DNA of 64,000 nucleotides from Patescibacteria group bacterium (GCA_038061735.1 JBBTYO010000011.1:693-64692), one strand, 5' to 3'. Shown: positions 30,996 to 41,563, counted from the stretch's first letter. Numbers and translations: made by a program. Notes: generated by a model not told the origin, from the letters alone.

Positions 30996-32701
30996 ATTAA
31001 TTTAATTACTTCCTCTAAGCTAAGAATTTTTGTTTCCTTTTCACTTCTCTTCTTATACTCCACCTTCTCCCCTGTCCTTTTTGACACAACTAATCTGACG
31101 GGAATTCCAATAAGATCAGCGTCGGAAAATTTTTCCCCTGCCGTTACTTCTTCGCGATCATCGAAGAGAACCTCAATGCCTTGGTTTAATAAGAGGTTAT
31201 AAATATTATAAACATTATAATGCGTTGGCTCATCCTTAAGATCTAAACCAACTAAATGAACCTGAAAAGGAGAGACGGATTCAGGCCAAATTATTCCTTT
31301 TTCGTCATGATGTTTTTCAACAATTATTCCCATGATTCGGGAAGGACCAATACCATAGCAACCCATATAGACTGGCTTTTCTTTGCCGTCACTATCTATG
31401 AATTTATAGTCAAAAGCTTCAGTAAATTTTGTATACAGTGGAAAAATATTTCCGACTTCAGCCGCCTTGACAACATCATATACTTCATTTGTTTTTGGAT
31501 AACGATCCCCGATTTTTGCAATTTTAAAATCATAAAATTTTTTAGGTGTGGAAATATCTCGGTCAAAATTTACGTTTATAGAATGATAATGTGTTTTATT
31601 TGATCCAGTTTCAAAATTTAACCTATCAGATACCGATTCATCAATGTAGACTTCGACACCTTTAGGTAAATTAACGAGACCTGCATATCCGATCTCAGCA
31701 CCCGTTAATTTCTTAATGATTTCAGCCGGAGCCAATTTTAAAGCTTTAACACAAGCCACCTTTCTCAATTTATCTTCATTAATATTATATCCACCTCGAA
31801 CGGCAGCAAAAATAATTTTTTTGTTATCAGTTTCATAGATCATGGTTTTTGTTGTTTTTTCAACAGGAATATTCAAAAATTTTGCCAATTCGTTAACTCC
31901 AATTATTCCCTCACCTTTGATATCAGATTTGTCCAATATTTTTTCTTCTTTTTCAAGTTTAGGAGCTTGGGTTGGTGCAACTTCACGGTTGTAGTAAACA
32001 CCGGTGCTTTTTACAAAAAATAAGGTATCTTCACCCGTTTCACAGATAGTTTGAAATTCATGAGAATAGTCATCGGTAAAAGAGCCACCAGAGGCGAGAG
32101 TTATCACCGTATCTTTTCCGATTCCAAGTCTTTCAAAAATTTTTAAATAGACTTTTTTTGAATTTTCATAATATTTTTTCATATCCTCTTCAGAAGTATG
32201 AAAACTGTAAAGGTCCTTCATACGAAATTCTCGACCTCGAAGTAATCCTGATTTTACTCGTGGCTCGTTTCTAAACTTTGTTTGTATATGATAAAGCGCA
32301 AAAGGAAAATCTTTGTAACTTAAGTTAAATTTTTGAGCGAGTGGCGTAACTGTTTCTTCGTGAGTTGGACTTAGAACATATTCCGAATCGTTTTTAGCCA
32401 AGGCAAATTTATTTGCAGCCGTTGTTTTCATTAAAACGTCGACAGTTTCCAATCTGTTGGTTTTTGCCCACTGTTCAAGAGGTGCAATTGAAGGCATTAA
32501 AATCTCATTACCGATGGTATTGATTTCTTCACGGATAATATTTTCTATCTTATTTAGGACACGTAATCCAAGTGATAAATAAGTATATGTTCCTGCCATA
32601 ACCTGGTCGATAAAACCTCCTTTTATCAAAAAAGTCGCGTTTGCAGAATCGTATTTTTTTGAATCCTTTTTTGTTTTTCCAAATATTTTTGAGTAGAGCA
32701 T
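30992..32701 (-). CDS. proS: Proline--tRNA ligase with editing domain
   Basis: PTHEE, KFRNEPR, REFRMKDLYSF, MGCYGIG, DADLIG; start at 32701. Confidence 0.97.
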   Translation of the reverse strand: MLYSKIFGKTKKDSKKYDSANATFLIKGGFIDQVMAGTYTYLSLGLRVLNKIENIIREEINTIGNEILMPSIAPLEQWAKTNRLETVDVLMKTTAANKFALAKNDSEYVLSPTHEETVTPLAQKFNLSYKDFPFALYHIQTKFRNEPRVKSGLLRGREFRMKDLYSFHTSEEDMKKYYENSKKVYLKIFERLGIGKDTVITLASGGSFTDDYSHEFQTICETGEDTLFFVKSTGVYYNREVAPTQAPKLEKEEKILDKSDIKGEGIIGVNELAKFLNIPVEKTTKTMIYETDNKKIIFAAVRGGYNINEDKLRKVACVKALKLAPAEIIKKLTGAEIGYAGLVNLPKGVEVYIDESVSDRLNFETGSNKTHYHSINVNFDRDISTPKKFYDFKIAKIGDRYPKTNEVYDVVKAAEVGNIFPLYTKFTEAFDYKFIDSDGKEKPVYMGCYGIGPSRIMGIIVEKHHDEKGIIWPESVSPFQVHLVGLDLKDEPTHYNVYNIYNLLLNQGIEVLFDDREEVTAGEKFSDADLIGIPVRLVVSKRTGEKVEYKKRSEKETKILSLEEVIKLI

Positions 32702-32769
32702 GTTAAGAGTAATTATATACAAAAATTTAAACAAATTATAAACAGTTTAAATTATTTATTTTTATACTA

Positions 32770-32801
32770 ATGTATCAATCTATCAATAGATTGATACATT
32801 C
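32770..32801. repeat. 32-bp palindrome, copy 1
   Basis: ATGTATCAATCTAT-CA-ATAGATTGATACAT-TC, identical to 33424-33455. Confidence 0.95.
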
Positions 32802-32899
32802 ATGAAATAGCATGAAATAGGCAAATTAATCGAGGTGCCTTTTGATTAAAAATTATTGATTTGACAGTCTATTCGAATAGTTTTGTTGGTTATAAGCGG

Positions 32900-32928
32900 T
32901 TGACAAAAAAAGTTTATAAAGTTATAAA
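32900..32928 (+). promoter_or_regulatory. Sigma70-type promoter of the TrpR-like gene
   Basis: TTGACA-N17-TATAAA. Confidence 0.55.
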
Positions 32929-32975
32929 GTTCATAAGTAAAAAAACAAAACGTTATTAATTAACAAAAAAAATAT

Positions 32976-33416
32976 ATGGCTCGGATATCAAAAAAACTGG
33001 TCAGTGAAAAGTTGTTGACTAAGATATATAAGTTATTTTATGAAGTTTTTTCGAGATATGAGGGGCAGGAGGATTTTTTATTAATAATTGACGATATACT
33101 TTCTCCAACAGAAAAGATAATGCTGGCAAAACGACTAGCAATTATTTATCTATTAATCAAGAAAGTTGACTACCGTGACATAGCTGATACTTTGAAAGTG
33201 TCTACAGCAACAATTCTTTTTTACGCAACAACCTATTATAAAAGAAACTCTCGAGTTGTAAATATAATTAATGGCATGTTAAAAAATGAAAAAGTGCTTA
33301 ATTTTCTTGATGATTTTTTTGCTAATTTTATGATCCATCCGGGAGTTTATATTGGGCACTGGCAACTATACAGAGACCATCAACGAAGACAAGAAGTTAG
33401 AAAAACCTTGGGTTAA
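32976..33416 (+). CDS. TrpR/YerC-like helix-turn-helix protein
   Basis: ILSPTEKIMLAKRLAI...YRDIADTLKVSTATI, the Trp-repressor-like HTH pattern. Confidence 0.8.
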   Translation: MARISKKLVSEKLLTKIYKLFYEVFSRYEGQEDFLLIIDDILSPTEKIMLAKRLAIIYLLIKKVDYRDIADTLKVSTATILFYATTYYKRNSRVVNIINGMLKNEKVLNFLDDFFANFMIHPGVYIGHWQLYRDHQRRQEVRKTLG

Positions 33417-33423
33417 TTTATAT

Positions 33424-33455
33424 ATGTATCAATCTATCAATAGATTGATACATTC
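33424..33455. repeat. 32-bp palindrome, copy 2
   Basis: Identical to 32770-32801, same orientation, 7 bp after the stop codon. Confidence 0.95.
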
Positions 33456-33545
33456 GTGTTTTTATAGTAAATAAACTTTTAAGAGATATTTACGAGTATT
33501 TATGTAATTGTTAAAAGACTTAAATTTTTGATATATTATTACTAT

Positions 33546-34034
33546 ATGGATATAAGTTTAACAGCGGAGGAAATTAGGTTGGTTGAATATTCAAAAGAAG
33601 CGGTTATTAAATATAATAATATACGCCATATAAATGGTGGAGTAGATACTTTATATTCTTTTCTACTTTCTGATAGTGGGAAGATTTTTGATGGGGCATG
33701 TTATGAATCAAACATTCCTCATGCTTCAGTCTGTGGAGAAAGGTGTGCAATTACAAACATGATTCTACATGAATCATATAAAGCTAAAATTAAAAGTATA
33801 GTAGTGGCAGATCCTGTTCCGGAAATTCAAAAAAATAGTACTCCCCCTTGCGGAACTTGTAGGCATCTTATTTGGTCTCATGAGACACCTGAAACAACTG
33901 TTATTCTTATTCAATATGTCCAAGGTAAAGATGGTTGGAGTTTTCCAAAAATAGAAAAATATACGATTGAAGATCTATATCCCCACCCTTATGAACCCGT
34001 TAAAGGACTGTGGGATAATTGGCGACCAAAGTAA
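33546..34034 (+). CDS. Cytidine deaminase-like protein
   Basis: SVCGERCAI and PPCGTCR zinc motifs; ATG at 33546. Confidence 0.85.
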   Translation: MDISLTAEEIRLVEYSKEAVIKYNNIRHINGGVDTLYSFLLSDSGKIFDGACYESNIPHASVCGERCAITNMILHESYKAKIKSIVVADPVPEIQKNSTPPCGTCRHLIWSHETPETTVILIQYVQGKDGWSFPKIEKYTIEDLYPHPYEPVKGLWDNWRPK

Positions 34035-34041
34035 TGTTTTT

Positions 34042-34566
34042 TTATTTAAGTTTTTCAAAAACCTTTTTCAGAACCTCTTGGGAAGAAATATCTGAAGTGT
34101 CTATAATGAGATCGTAATTTTTTGGCTCAATAAAATCATTGCGATTATAAATTTTTTCTAGCTTATTTAACCAATTTGATTGACGTTCCTCTACTCTTTT
34201 TTTTGCTTCATTAATATCAATTTTTTCTCTACTGGCAAATCTTTGATAACGAATATCATCTTTGCAAATTAATAATACTTTTAAAACATTAGGTAAGTCA
34301 TTGGCCATTATTCCTGACATCCAACCATCTATAATTAAATTTCCTGGTGAATAAATTCTATCCCGAACTTGATAATCAATTTTTTTTGTCACTTCATCAT
34401 TTTGCTCTTCAACTTGGTCTAAATTCAATTGATTTTTTTTGACGTACTCACGAAATAACTTACCTGTCATAAAGATTGGCCAATGTAATTTTTTTTGAAG
34501 ACTCTTCAGTAAGGTAGTTTTTCCGGTGCAGATTTTACCTGAAATAGTTATTTTATTTATGTTCAT
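34042..34566 (-). CDS. Archaeal-type cytidylate kinase-like NMP kinase
   Basis: ITISGKICTGKTT, GKLFRE, KKID, YDLIIDTS; ATG at 34566. Confidence 0.85.
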   Translation of the reverse strand: MNINKITISGKICTGKTTLLKSLQKKLHWPIFMTGKLFREYVKKNQLNLDQVEEQNDEVTKKIDYQVRDRIYSPGNLIIDGWMSGIMANDLPNVLKVLLICKDDIRYQRFASREKIDINEAKKRVEERQSNWLNKLEKIYNRNDFIEPKNYDLIIDTSDISSQEVLKKVFEKLK

Positions 34567-35107
34567 ACCCAATTTTATCCAATACTTTTCCCAATGTTTC
34601 CTGAGGTCCGGTTTTATAAGTATCAATTATCAAATTAAAATATTTTGGGTCCCAAAAATTATATTCCCCATACAACCGCTTCCATTTCTCGGTATTTTCA
34701 TTCTCCCTTTGCTTAATCCAATGTTTTGCTTCTTCAACTGATACATTGTCTCTATTGGCAACTCGATCAACCCTGATATCATCATGGGAGCAAATAAGAA
34801 GTACTTTAAGAATATCTTTATAAGAGCGGGCAAAAAATCCGGTAAGCCAACCTTCATATATGATTTCTTTCTCCGTTTTTAGTAATTGTTGTGTTATATC
34901 ATCGATTTTTTTTTCGTGATCATCGGAACGAGATAAAGCTCCCACCTTATTCTCTTGAATTTTAAGTCTGCGGTCATATTTTCGTTGGATTGCCCCGATA
35001 TTAATATGTTTCCAATCTAAAGAATTAACTAAATTTTTAGTCAGAGTAGTAGTTCCGACCGCAATTTTTCCAGAAATTGTGATGAGTCTGTATTTAGGTT
35101 TAAACAT
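34553..35107 (-). CDS. Second cytidylate kinase-like paralog, degenerate P-loop
   Basis: ITISGKIAVGTTT, KKIDD, EGWL, FNLIIDT. Confidence 0.8.
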   Translation of the reverse strand: MFKPKYRLITISGKIAVGTTTLTKNLVNSLDWKHINIGAIQRKYDRRLKIQENKVGALSRSDDHEKKIDDITQQLLKTEKEIIYEGWLTGFFARSYKDILKVLLICSHDDIRVDRVANRDNVSVEEAKHWIKQRENENTEKWKRLYGEYNFWDPKYFNLIIDTYKTGPQETLGKVLDKIGYEHK

Positions 35108-36193
35108 TTATTTCCTAAACAATTTTATAACATCATTAACCGTAATCAAAGCTGCCAGTGACAACAAAACTACGAACCCAATCAAGTTCGTGTATTTTTC
35201 AAAGTCTTTATTGGGTTTCTTTTTGGTAAAACCTTCATAAAGGACAAAAACTAAACGTCCTCCATCCAAGGCAGGAAAGGGAAGAATGTTAATTATAGCT
35301 AAATTTAATGACAATAAAGCAAGGAATTCAAGAAACGCATTTCTTCCAAATTTAACTGCCTGTCCTGCTAAATTCGCAATACCGATAGGTCCGGCCACAT
35401 CAACATTTTGCTTTTGAAATGTAATAAGGTTAAAAAGCATTTTTCCCAGTTCAGAGGAAATTTTAGAAGTAATACTAAATGCTTCAATCAAGCCGTAGTA
35501 AGGAGCAGTATACCAGGGGTATTTTTTTTCAATAAAGGAAGTGATGGCAATTCCCAAAGGTCCTTCACCTTTAGGTGGATTGACTCTAGGAACAAGATCA
35601 ATTGTTAACTGCTGTTGATTTCTTTGAACAAAAAGTTTTATTTTTTTTCCCGCCGATTTTTTAGTTTCTTCAATAAGAGTGTTCGCTGATGTTAAATTAA
35701 TTGATTTATTGTTGTAGATCAATTTTGTTATAACATCTTTTTCTTTAAGGCCGGCCATGGATGCAGGAGAGTTTTTAGTAACTTTTTCTACAATAACATT
35801 ATTGGTTGGTACTGGGATTCCCTGTGTAACCAAATATGAAAAGATAAACCATCCTAACAAAAAATTTCCGAGAACGCCTCCTAAAACGATTAATGTTTTT
35901 TGCCAAGGTTTTTTATTGACAAATGTTCGGTTTTTGTTTGTAGGGACAAGTCTAGACTTGTCCTTACGATCGAGATCATCGTATTCTTCACCAAATAATT
36001 TAACAAATCCGCCAATTGGTAATAAATTAACAGTATATAAAGTTTCGCCTTTTTTTATTCCAAATAGCTTTGGTGGTAGGCCAATCCCAAATTCTTCAAC
36101 CTTAACACCCATTTTTTTAGCCATTAAAAAATGACCAAGTTCATGAACAAGGACGAGGATAGATAAAGTCAGAATAAAAATTATTATTGTCAT
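35108..36193 (-). CDS. rseP: RseP/M50 site-2 metalloprotease
   Basis: HELGH, PIGGFV, PDZ, NILPFPALDGG. Confidence 0.94.
   Translation of the reverse strand: MTIIIFILTLSILVLVHELGHFLMAKKMGVKVEEFGIGLPPKLFGIKKGETLYTVNLLPIGGFVKLFGEEYDDLDRKDKSRLVPTNKNRTFVNKKPWQKTLIVLGGVLGNFLLGWFIFSYLVTQGIPVPTNNVIVEKVTKNSPASMAGLKEKDVITKLIYNNKSINLTSANTLIEETKKSAGKKIKLFVQRNQQQLTIDLVPRVNPPKGEGPLGIAITSFIEKKYPWYTAPYYGLIEAFSITSKISSELGKMLFNLITFQKQNVDVAGPIGIANLAGQAVKFGRNAFLEFLALLSLNLAIINILPFPALDGGRLVFVLYEGFTKKKPNKDFEKYTNLIGFVVLLSLAALITVNDVIKLFRK
35940..35967 (+). repeat. GTAG-type REP in frame in rseP
   Basis: GTAGGGACAAGTCTAGACTTGTCCTTAC. Confidence 0.85.
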
Positions 36194-36200
36194 AGTTTTC

Positions 36201-36758
36201 TCAGACCTCCATTATTTCTTTTTCTTTACTTTCTTTAATAGCGTTTATTTCTTCCATAAATTTAGTTGATTGCGAATCAATTTCTTTTTCCAAGCGATAT
36301 TTTTCGTCTTCGCTCATTTCTTTTTTTTCAAAAGCATTTTTAATAGTTCTCCGTGAGTCATCCCTGTGATTTCTTATTATTACTTTCTTTTCTTCCACTT
36401 TTTCTCTAACAACTTTAATATATTTTTCTCTTTGCTCAGTATTAAGAGATGGTATTTTAATAACAATTTTTGCTCCAAGTGTTGTTGGAGTCAATCCTAA
36501 TGGTGATTTTAAAATTGCTTTTTCAATATCCTGGATAACAGATGGATCATAAGGACTAATCGAAATTGAAGATGCTCCCTCGGTCATTATAGTTGCAAGT
36601 TCTAACAATCTTAGTTTAGTTTGACCTCCATAAGTTTCAATAATTAAGTTTTCTACCAAATTTGGCGAAGCTCGGCCAGTACGGATTGATTTAAGGTCTT
36701 CTTTCAGCGATGCAATTGTTTTGAGGGCTTGGTTGGCAAAAGTAGAAACAATATCCAT
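36201..36758 (-). CDS. frr: Ribosome recycling factor
   Basis: IRTGRAS, IEKAI, IRNHR, KEKEIMEV. Confidence 0.95.
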   Translation of the reverse strand: MDIVSTFANQALKTIASLKEDLKSIRTGRASPNLVENLIIETYGGQTKLRLLELATIMTEGASSISISPYDPSVIQDIEKAILKSPLGLTPTTLGAKIVIKIPSLNTEQREKYIKVVREKVEEKKVIIRNHRDDSRRTIKNAFEKKEMSEDEKYRLEKEIDSQSTKFMEEINAIKESKEKEIMEV

Positions 36759-36766
36759 AAAGTTTA

Positions 36767-37216
36767 TTATACACTCCACCGCACAAACTTTACCAGTTTA
36801 ATATTTTCTCCAAACTTCAGTACTGCCTCCTTGATTAAATCGCTAATTTTTTTAGAAGGATCTCTGATATATTCTTGATTAAGCAATTCCTCATTAGTTT
36901 CAGCCATAACCGAAGCAACTTGCATTGCCAATTCAGTACCCAAAACTTGAAACTCCTTGTTTCCTGAGACAAAATCAGTTTCACACGCGAGTTGAATTAA
37001 AGAGGCGACTTTTTTATTATGATGAACGTAGGAAAAAATTATACCGGCACCAGTATTACGACCTGATTTATCATGGGCTTTAGCTATACCCCATTTATTT
37101 AATAATTTTTTTGCGGCCTCAATATTATTTTTAGATTCTTCAAGAGCTTTTTTGCAAAGGGAAAAAGAGATTCTTGTTTCCTCACGAAGTTGTTTTAGTT
37201 TTTTAATATCGTACAT
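36767..37216 (-). CDS. tsf: Elongation factor Ts (short form)
   Basis: LKQLREET, CKKALEE, SYVH, CETDFV, LAMQVA. Confidence 0.93.
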   Translation of the reverse strand: MYDIKKLKQLREETRISFSLCKKALEESKNNIEAAKKLLNKWGIAKAHDKSGRNTGAGIIFSYVHHNKKVASLIQLACETDFVSGNKEFQVLGTELAMQVASVMAETNEELLNQEYIRDPSKKISDLIKEAVLKFGENIKLVKFVRWSV

Positions 37217-37221
37217 GGTAT

Positions 37222-37947
37222 TTATTTTTTGGCTACTTCTTTAGCTTTTGCTTCTCCAGCTTTTAGATAGCTTGATGAATAAGATTCAATTATTTCCTTC
37301 AAAAAATATTCAATAGATGTAAGAGAATCATCATTACCAGGAATAGGATAATTTATTGGATCAGGATTAGCATTAGTATCGGTCACGGCAACCGTTACGA
37401 TTTTCATTTCTCCCGATTCTTTAACAGAATTTTTCTCCTTTTTTATATCAATAATAAAAAGAGCATCAGGTAATTTTTTGAGATTCGCGATTCCTCCATA
37501 AAATTTTTCTAATTTATTTAGATCTTTATCCAATTTGACCTGTTCATGTTTAACAAATTTGCTCCATAAACCTTTTTCTTTTTCTTCTTTCATTGAATTT
37601 AGTTTTTTTACATTTTTTATAATCATTTCAAAATTAGTCAATAATCCTGCTGGCCATTTGGTATTAATAAAAGGAAGATTGTTTTTTTCGCATAATTCTT
37701 TAGTTAAATTTGAAGCAATCTTTTTAGTACATACAACAAGAAGAACTTTTCCATTTGTTCCCAGTTCGGAGACATACTTTTTTGCTTTTTCAAGATAATC
37801 AGCTGTTTTAGTCAAATCAATTATAGAAACTCCGTTTTCAAACGAATATATATATTTATTAGTTTTTGGATGTACTCTATTAGATTTATGTCCAAGATGG
37901 ATTCCTGCAGCAAAAAGTTCTTCTACTTTTTTATCATTATCATTCAT
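37222..37947 (-). CDS. rpsB: 30S ribosomal protein S2
   Basis: AGIHLGH, WPAGLLTN, DTNANPD, PGNDD; ATG at 37947. Confidence 0.96.
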   Translation of the reverse strand: MNDNDKKVEELFAAGIHLGHKSNRVHPKTNKYIYSFENGVSIIDLTKTADYLEKAKKYVSELGTNGKVLLVVCTKKIASNLTKELCEKNNLPFINTKWPAGLLTNFEMIIKNVKKLNSMKEEKEKGLWSKFVKHEQVKLDKDLNKLEKFYGGIANLKKLPDALFIIDIKKEKNSVKESGEMKIVTVAVTDTNANPDPINYPIPGNDDSLTSIEYFLKEIIESYSSSYLKAGEAKAKEVAKK

Positions 37948-37984
37948 AAGTATACATTCTATCAATACGCCTAAGATATTGCAA

Positions 37985-38863
37985 TTAGATTTTGAGTGAT
38001 TTTATGAAGGTTTTGAATTCCCCATTGATTTCTTCGTGCTCTAAAGCAAATTCGATTACTGTTTTTAAATATTCAAACTTGTCTCCCGTATCATAATATT
38101 TTCCATTCTCAATAACAACGGTATAGACAGGGATTCCCTCTTTCATTAGCAAATTGATAGCATCAACCAACCAAATCTCCCCGCCTCTTCCAGGATTAAT
38201 TTTTTTTAAAGCCGAAAAAATTTCCGGCGGTAAAATATAACCTCCATGGGTGGCAATATTTGAAGGTGCTTTATCAGGCTCGGGTTTTTCAACTATTTTA
38301 TTTATTTTGTAAACATTATTTTCTACGTGTGTTAGATCAGCAATTCCGTATCTTTTCAAATCTTCTTTATTTTCTATCTTTACTCCTGATATAACAATGC
38401 CTCCAAATTTTTCATAAACTTTGATCATCTGTGCCAGCCTAGGTGGCTTAGAATAAATAAATTCATCACCCCAAAGGACAGCGAAAGGCTCATCTTCTAT
38501 GGCCGGTTCCGCTGTTAAAACTGGTGTGCCATTTCCATAAGGACCTTTTTGACGAATATAAATAAAATTGGCCATATTGGAGATTCTTTGAATTTCTTTA
38601 AGTAGATGTTCTTTTTTCCCTTGTATTAAATTTTTAACTAAATCCTCAGAAGGAGCATCAAAATGATCTTCAATCGCCCGCTTGTTAGAACCGGTAATAA
38701 TAATAATATTCTTAACATTAGAATCGATTGCTTCTTCAACCACATATTGAATAACAGGTTTATCGACGACCGGAAGCATTTCTTTAGGCATGGCCTTAGT
38801 TTGGGGAAGAAACCTTGTTCCAAAACCAGCCGCAGGAATCACAACTTTAGTAATTTTTTTCAT
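37985..38863 (-). CDS. galU: UTP--glucose-1-phosphate uridylyltransferase
   Basis: VIPAAGFGTRFLPQTKAMPKEMLPVVDKP, VEKP. Confidence 0.93.
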   Translation of the reverse strand: MKKITKVVIPAAGFGTRFLPQTKAMPKEMLPVVDKPVIQYVVEEAIDSNVKNIIIITGSNKRAIEDHFDAPSEDLVKNLIQGKKEHLLKEIQRISNMANFIYIRQKGPYGNGTPVLTAEPAIEDEPFAVLWGDEFIYSKPPRLAQMIKVYEKFGGIVISGVKIENKEDLKRYGIADLTHVENNVYKINKIVEKPEPDKAPSNIATHGGYILPPEIFSALKKINPGRGGEIWLVDAINLLMKEGIPVYTVVIENGKYYDTGDKFEYLKTVIEFALEHEEINGEFKTFIKSLKI

Positions 38864-39273
38864 TCAAATTTTACAGTAACTTTTTGGCTGATTTGAGTAT
38901 TCCCATTAACAAAAGCAGTTAGTTCCGCTACCCCTACGAAATCAGAAGATAAAACAAAACTTACTTTTCCGGTTTTATCCGATTCAAATGTTGATTCCTG
39001 AGCTCCATTAATCAAACCTAAATTGGTAACCAATCTTACGGGCTTTTTATCTAAAGGAAGATTATTTACGTTTCTTATAAAAACATTTACGTCAACTTTA
39101 TTACCGACCTTAGTGGTCAGCGGCCAAGCAAAGATCAATGAAGTTTTAGGAGAAGGATCTGTTTCCGCAGACGCCCTAGCAAAACCAATTTGCTTGTTAA
39201 ACAACGTAGTTGTAATAAAAACCCCAAAAACGATAAAAAACAATATCATCAAAGCAATAAATTTTTTATCCAT
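38860..39273 (-). CDS. Membrane-anchored Ig-like domain protein
   Basis: N-terminal TM, beta-rich domain with SDKTGKVSF. Confidence 0.65.
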   Translation of the reverse strand: MDKKFIALMILFFIVFGVFITTTLFNKQIGFARASAETDPSPKTSLIFAWPLTTKVGNKVDVNVFIRNVNNLPLDKKPVRLVTNLGLINGAQESTFESDKTGKVSFVLSSDFVGVAELTAFVNGNTQISQKVTVKFE

Positions 39274-39306
39274 ATACAGCCAGCTTATCAAGAAAGAGAC
39301 AGTTTG

Positions 39307-39906
39307 TCAAATTTTTGTATAAACTTTCTTTATAAAATATTCATGAAAAATTGTGGATGTAAGTTCTGGATGAAAACAAGCGGCTAAATAATAGTTTTTG
39401 CCAATTTTTTGTTCACAGGCTACTATCTCATCGTTATTTTTAGCCAGAATCTTTATTTCTTTTCCTACGCTTGTTATCCTTGGGGCCCGAATAAAGACTG
39501 CGTGAATGTTACCTAAACTTGTTTTAATATCTTTTTCGAAAGACTCTGTCTGTCTTCCATAAGCATTACGATCAATCTCTATGTCCATGAGTTTCAGTGT
39601 CTTTTGATCGTGAGTCTTGTGGGAAACTTGTTTGGCAAGCATGATCGCTCCGGCACAGGTACCAAATATATTTTTAATTTGTTTCATTTTCTCCCACATG
39701 CCTTCTCTTTCACATAACTTATGGAGAGTGGTACTTTCTCCGCCAGGGATAATAAGAGCATCAAGTGTATAGATAATCTCTTTGGTACGAACAGGAACAA
39801 CCTCTATGTTTAAATGAAGATTTTTTGATGCATTTTTTGTGGCGGTAATATGCTCTATGACATCGCCATGAAATGCGAGTACGCCAATTATCTTTTGTGA
39901 TTTCAT
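39307..39906 (-). CDS. pdxT: PLP synthase glutaminase subunit
   Basis: [35 protein letters not shown]. Confidence 0.96.
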   Translation of the reverse strand: MKSQKIIGVLAFHGDVIEHITATKNASKNLHLNIEVVPVRTKEIIYTLDALIIPGGESTTLHKLCEREGMWEKMKQIKNIFGTCAGAIMLAKQVSHKTHDQKTLKLMDIEIDRNAYGRQTESFEKDIKTSLGNIHAVFIRAPRITSVGKEIKILAKNNDEIVACEQKIGKNYYLAACFHPELTSTIFHEYFIKKVYTKI

Positions 39907-40781
39907 ATTCCACGTGCAGCCATTTTTGTCTCTAGGGTTGAAATTTCCAGTCCTTTCATGGCTTCACCTAGGTTTTCACTAGCTTTGGCTATTTTGCCGG
40001 GATCATTAAAATGAGCGGTGGCATCAACAATGGCTTTTGCCATTTTTACAGGATCATTGCTTTTAAAGATACCTGATCCAACAAAAACACCATCGACACC
40101 AAGTTGCATGCAAAGAGCTGCATCGGCTGGAGTGGCAATTCCACCGGCGGCAAAATTAACAACAGGTAACCGTCCCAGTTTTGCAACTTGTAGAACTAAA
40201 TCATAAGAAACACGATATTCTTTAGCTTTTTCTTTTAGTTTTGTAGATTTTTTTTGTTTCAGTAATGTCACAAGCTCATCAATGCCTTTGTTTACCGCTC
40301 TTATATGTCTTACGGCTTCAACAATATTGCCTGTACCGGGTTCTCCTTTGGTTCTTATCATAGCGGCTCCCTCATCAATTCTTCGAAGGGCTTCTCCCAA
40401 ATCTCGGCATCCGCAAACAAAGGGAACTTTAAATTTGGTTTTGTCAATATGAAACTCTTCATCGGCAGGAGTCAAAACTTCGCTTTCATCAACAAAATCA
40501 ACTTTAAGAGACTCAAGAACTTGTGCCTCTACAAAATGTCCTATACGGCACTTGGCCATAACAGGAATAGTAACGGACTTTTGAATCTCTTTAATTTTGG
40601 TAGGATCAGACATCCTGGCGACTCCTCCTGCAGCACGAATATCGGACGGCACTCGTTCAAGCGCCATAACTGCCACAGCCCCTGCTTTTTCGGCAATCTT
40701 GGCATGTTCGGCATTCACCACGTCCATAATCACTCCACCTTTTAACATCTGGGCTAAATTTCTTCCAAGCTGGTTAATCAT
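39903..40781 (-). CDS. pdxS: PLP synthase lyase subunit
   Basis: [30 protein letters not shown]; ATG at 40781. Confidence 0.97.
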   Translation of the reverse strand: MINQLGRNLAQMLKGGVIMDVVNAEHAKIAEKAGAVAVMALERVPSDIRAAGGVARMSDPTKIKEIQKSVTIPVMAKCRIGHFVEAQVLESLKVDFVDESEVLTPADEEFHIDKTKFKVPFVCGCRDLGEALRRIDEGAAMIRTKGEPGTGNIVEAVRHIRAVNKGIDELVTLLKQKKSTKLKEKAKEYRVSYDLVLQVAKLGRLPVVNFAAGGIATPADAALCMQLGVDGVFVGSGIFKSNDPVKMAKAIVDATAHFNDPGKIAKASENLGEAMKGLEISTLETKMAARGI

Positions 40782-40797
40782 ATACGATACCTTAGTA

Positions 40798-41481
40798 CTA
40801 ACTAAAAGCTTTGTCAAGGCTGATGTAGTCTTTTTTAATAAGGACGCCAATAATTTTTTTTTGTATTATTTCTGGTGAAAGAATTTTATTGTTTTCCACA
40901 CAGTCAATTTTAACCCAACTTTTGTTAGTTTTTACAATCTCTAAATACATATTCTCTACTTTTTTAAGGTAGCTCACATTTTTTTCGTATTGATCTTTAT
41001 TTTTTTTAGCAATCAATGTTTGAGCTAAAATAAGGGGAACATAAAGAAAAATTACTAAACTTGGTCGTGGAATGTCAAAAACTTCATATTCAAGTGTTTC
41101 TACCCAATCTAAAAATTTTTTTCTTTGCGATGTTTTAATCTTAGCTGCCTGATAAATTGAAGAAGGAGTGTAACGATTACAAACAACAAGTTTTCCCTCA
41201 TTAATCGCTTGCCAAATTTTATCTTTTACCTGCCAACGATCGGCCGCATAAGGAAAAGAGGCAAGATAAGGATTAATCCGGCTGAAATGGCCGAACTCAC
41301 CGTTAAGAAATCGGCCGGCAAAATCACCAAAAAATGTTTTTCCATATTGGGGAAAATCAAATGAGGCATGATTAATATTTTTTTCACTTAAATACTTTAG
41401 AATCATTTTGAGTTGAGTCCCCTTTCCCGAACCATCAATACCTTCAATTACGATTAATTTACCAATTTTATTTTTTATCAT
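40798..41481 (-). CDS. tmk: Thymidylate kinase
   Basis: [25 protein letters not shown]. Confidence 0.92.
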   Translation of the reverse strand: MIKNKIGKLIVIEGIDGSGKGTQLKMILKYLSEKNINHASFDFPQYGKTFFGDFAGRFLNGEFGHFSRINPYLASFPYAADRWQVKDKIWQAINEGKLVVCNRYTPSSIYQAAKIKTSQRKKFLDWVETLEYEVFDIPRPSLVIFLYVPLILAQTLIAKKNKDQYEKNVSYLKKVENMYLEIVKTNKSWVKIDCVENNKILSPEIIQKKIIGVLIKKDYISLDKAFS

Positions 41482-41563
41482 AAAACAATTTAATATAACA
41501 TATTGTTTTAAATTATTTGCTTGGATTGAGAGTCGGTAAGAGTTCCCGCTTCTTGATACAGAT

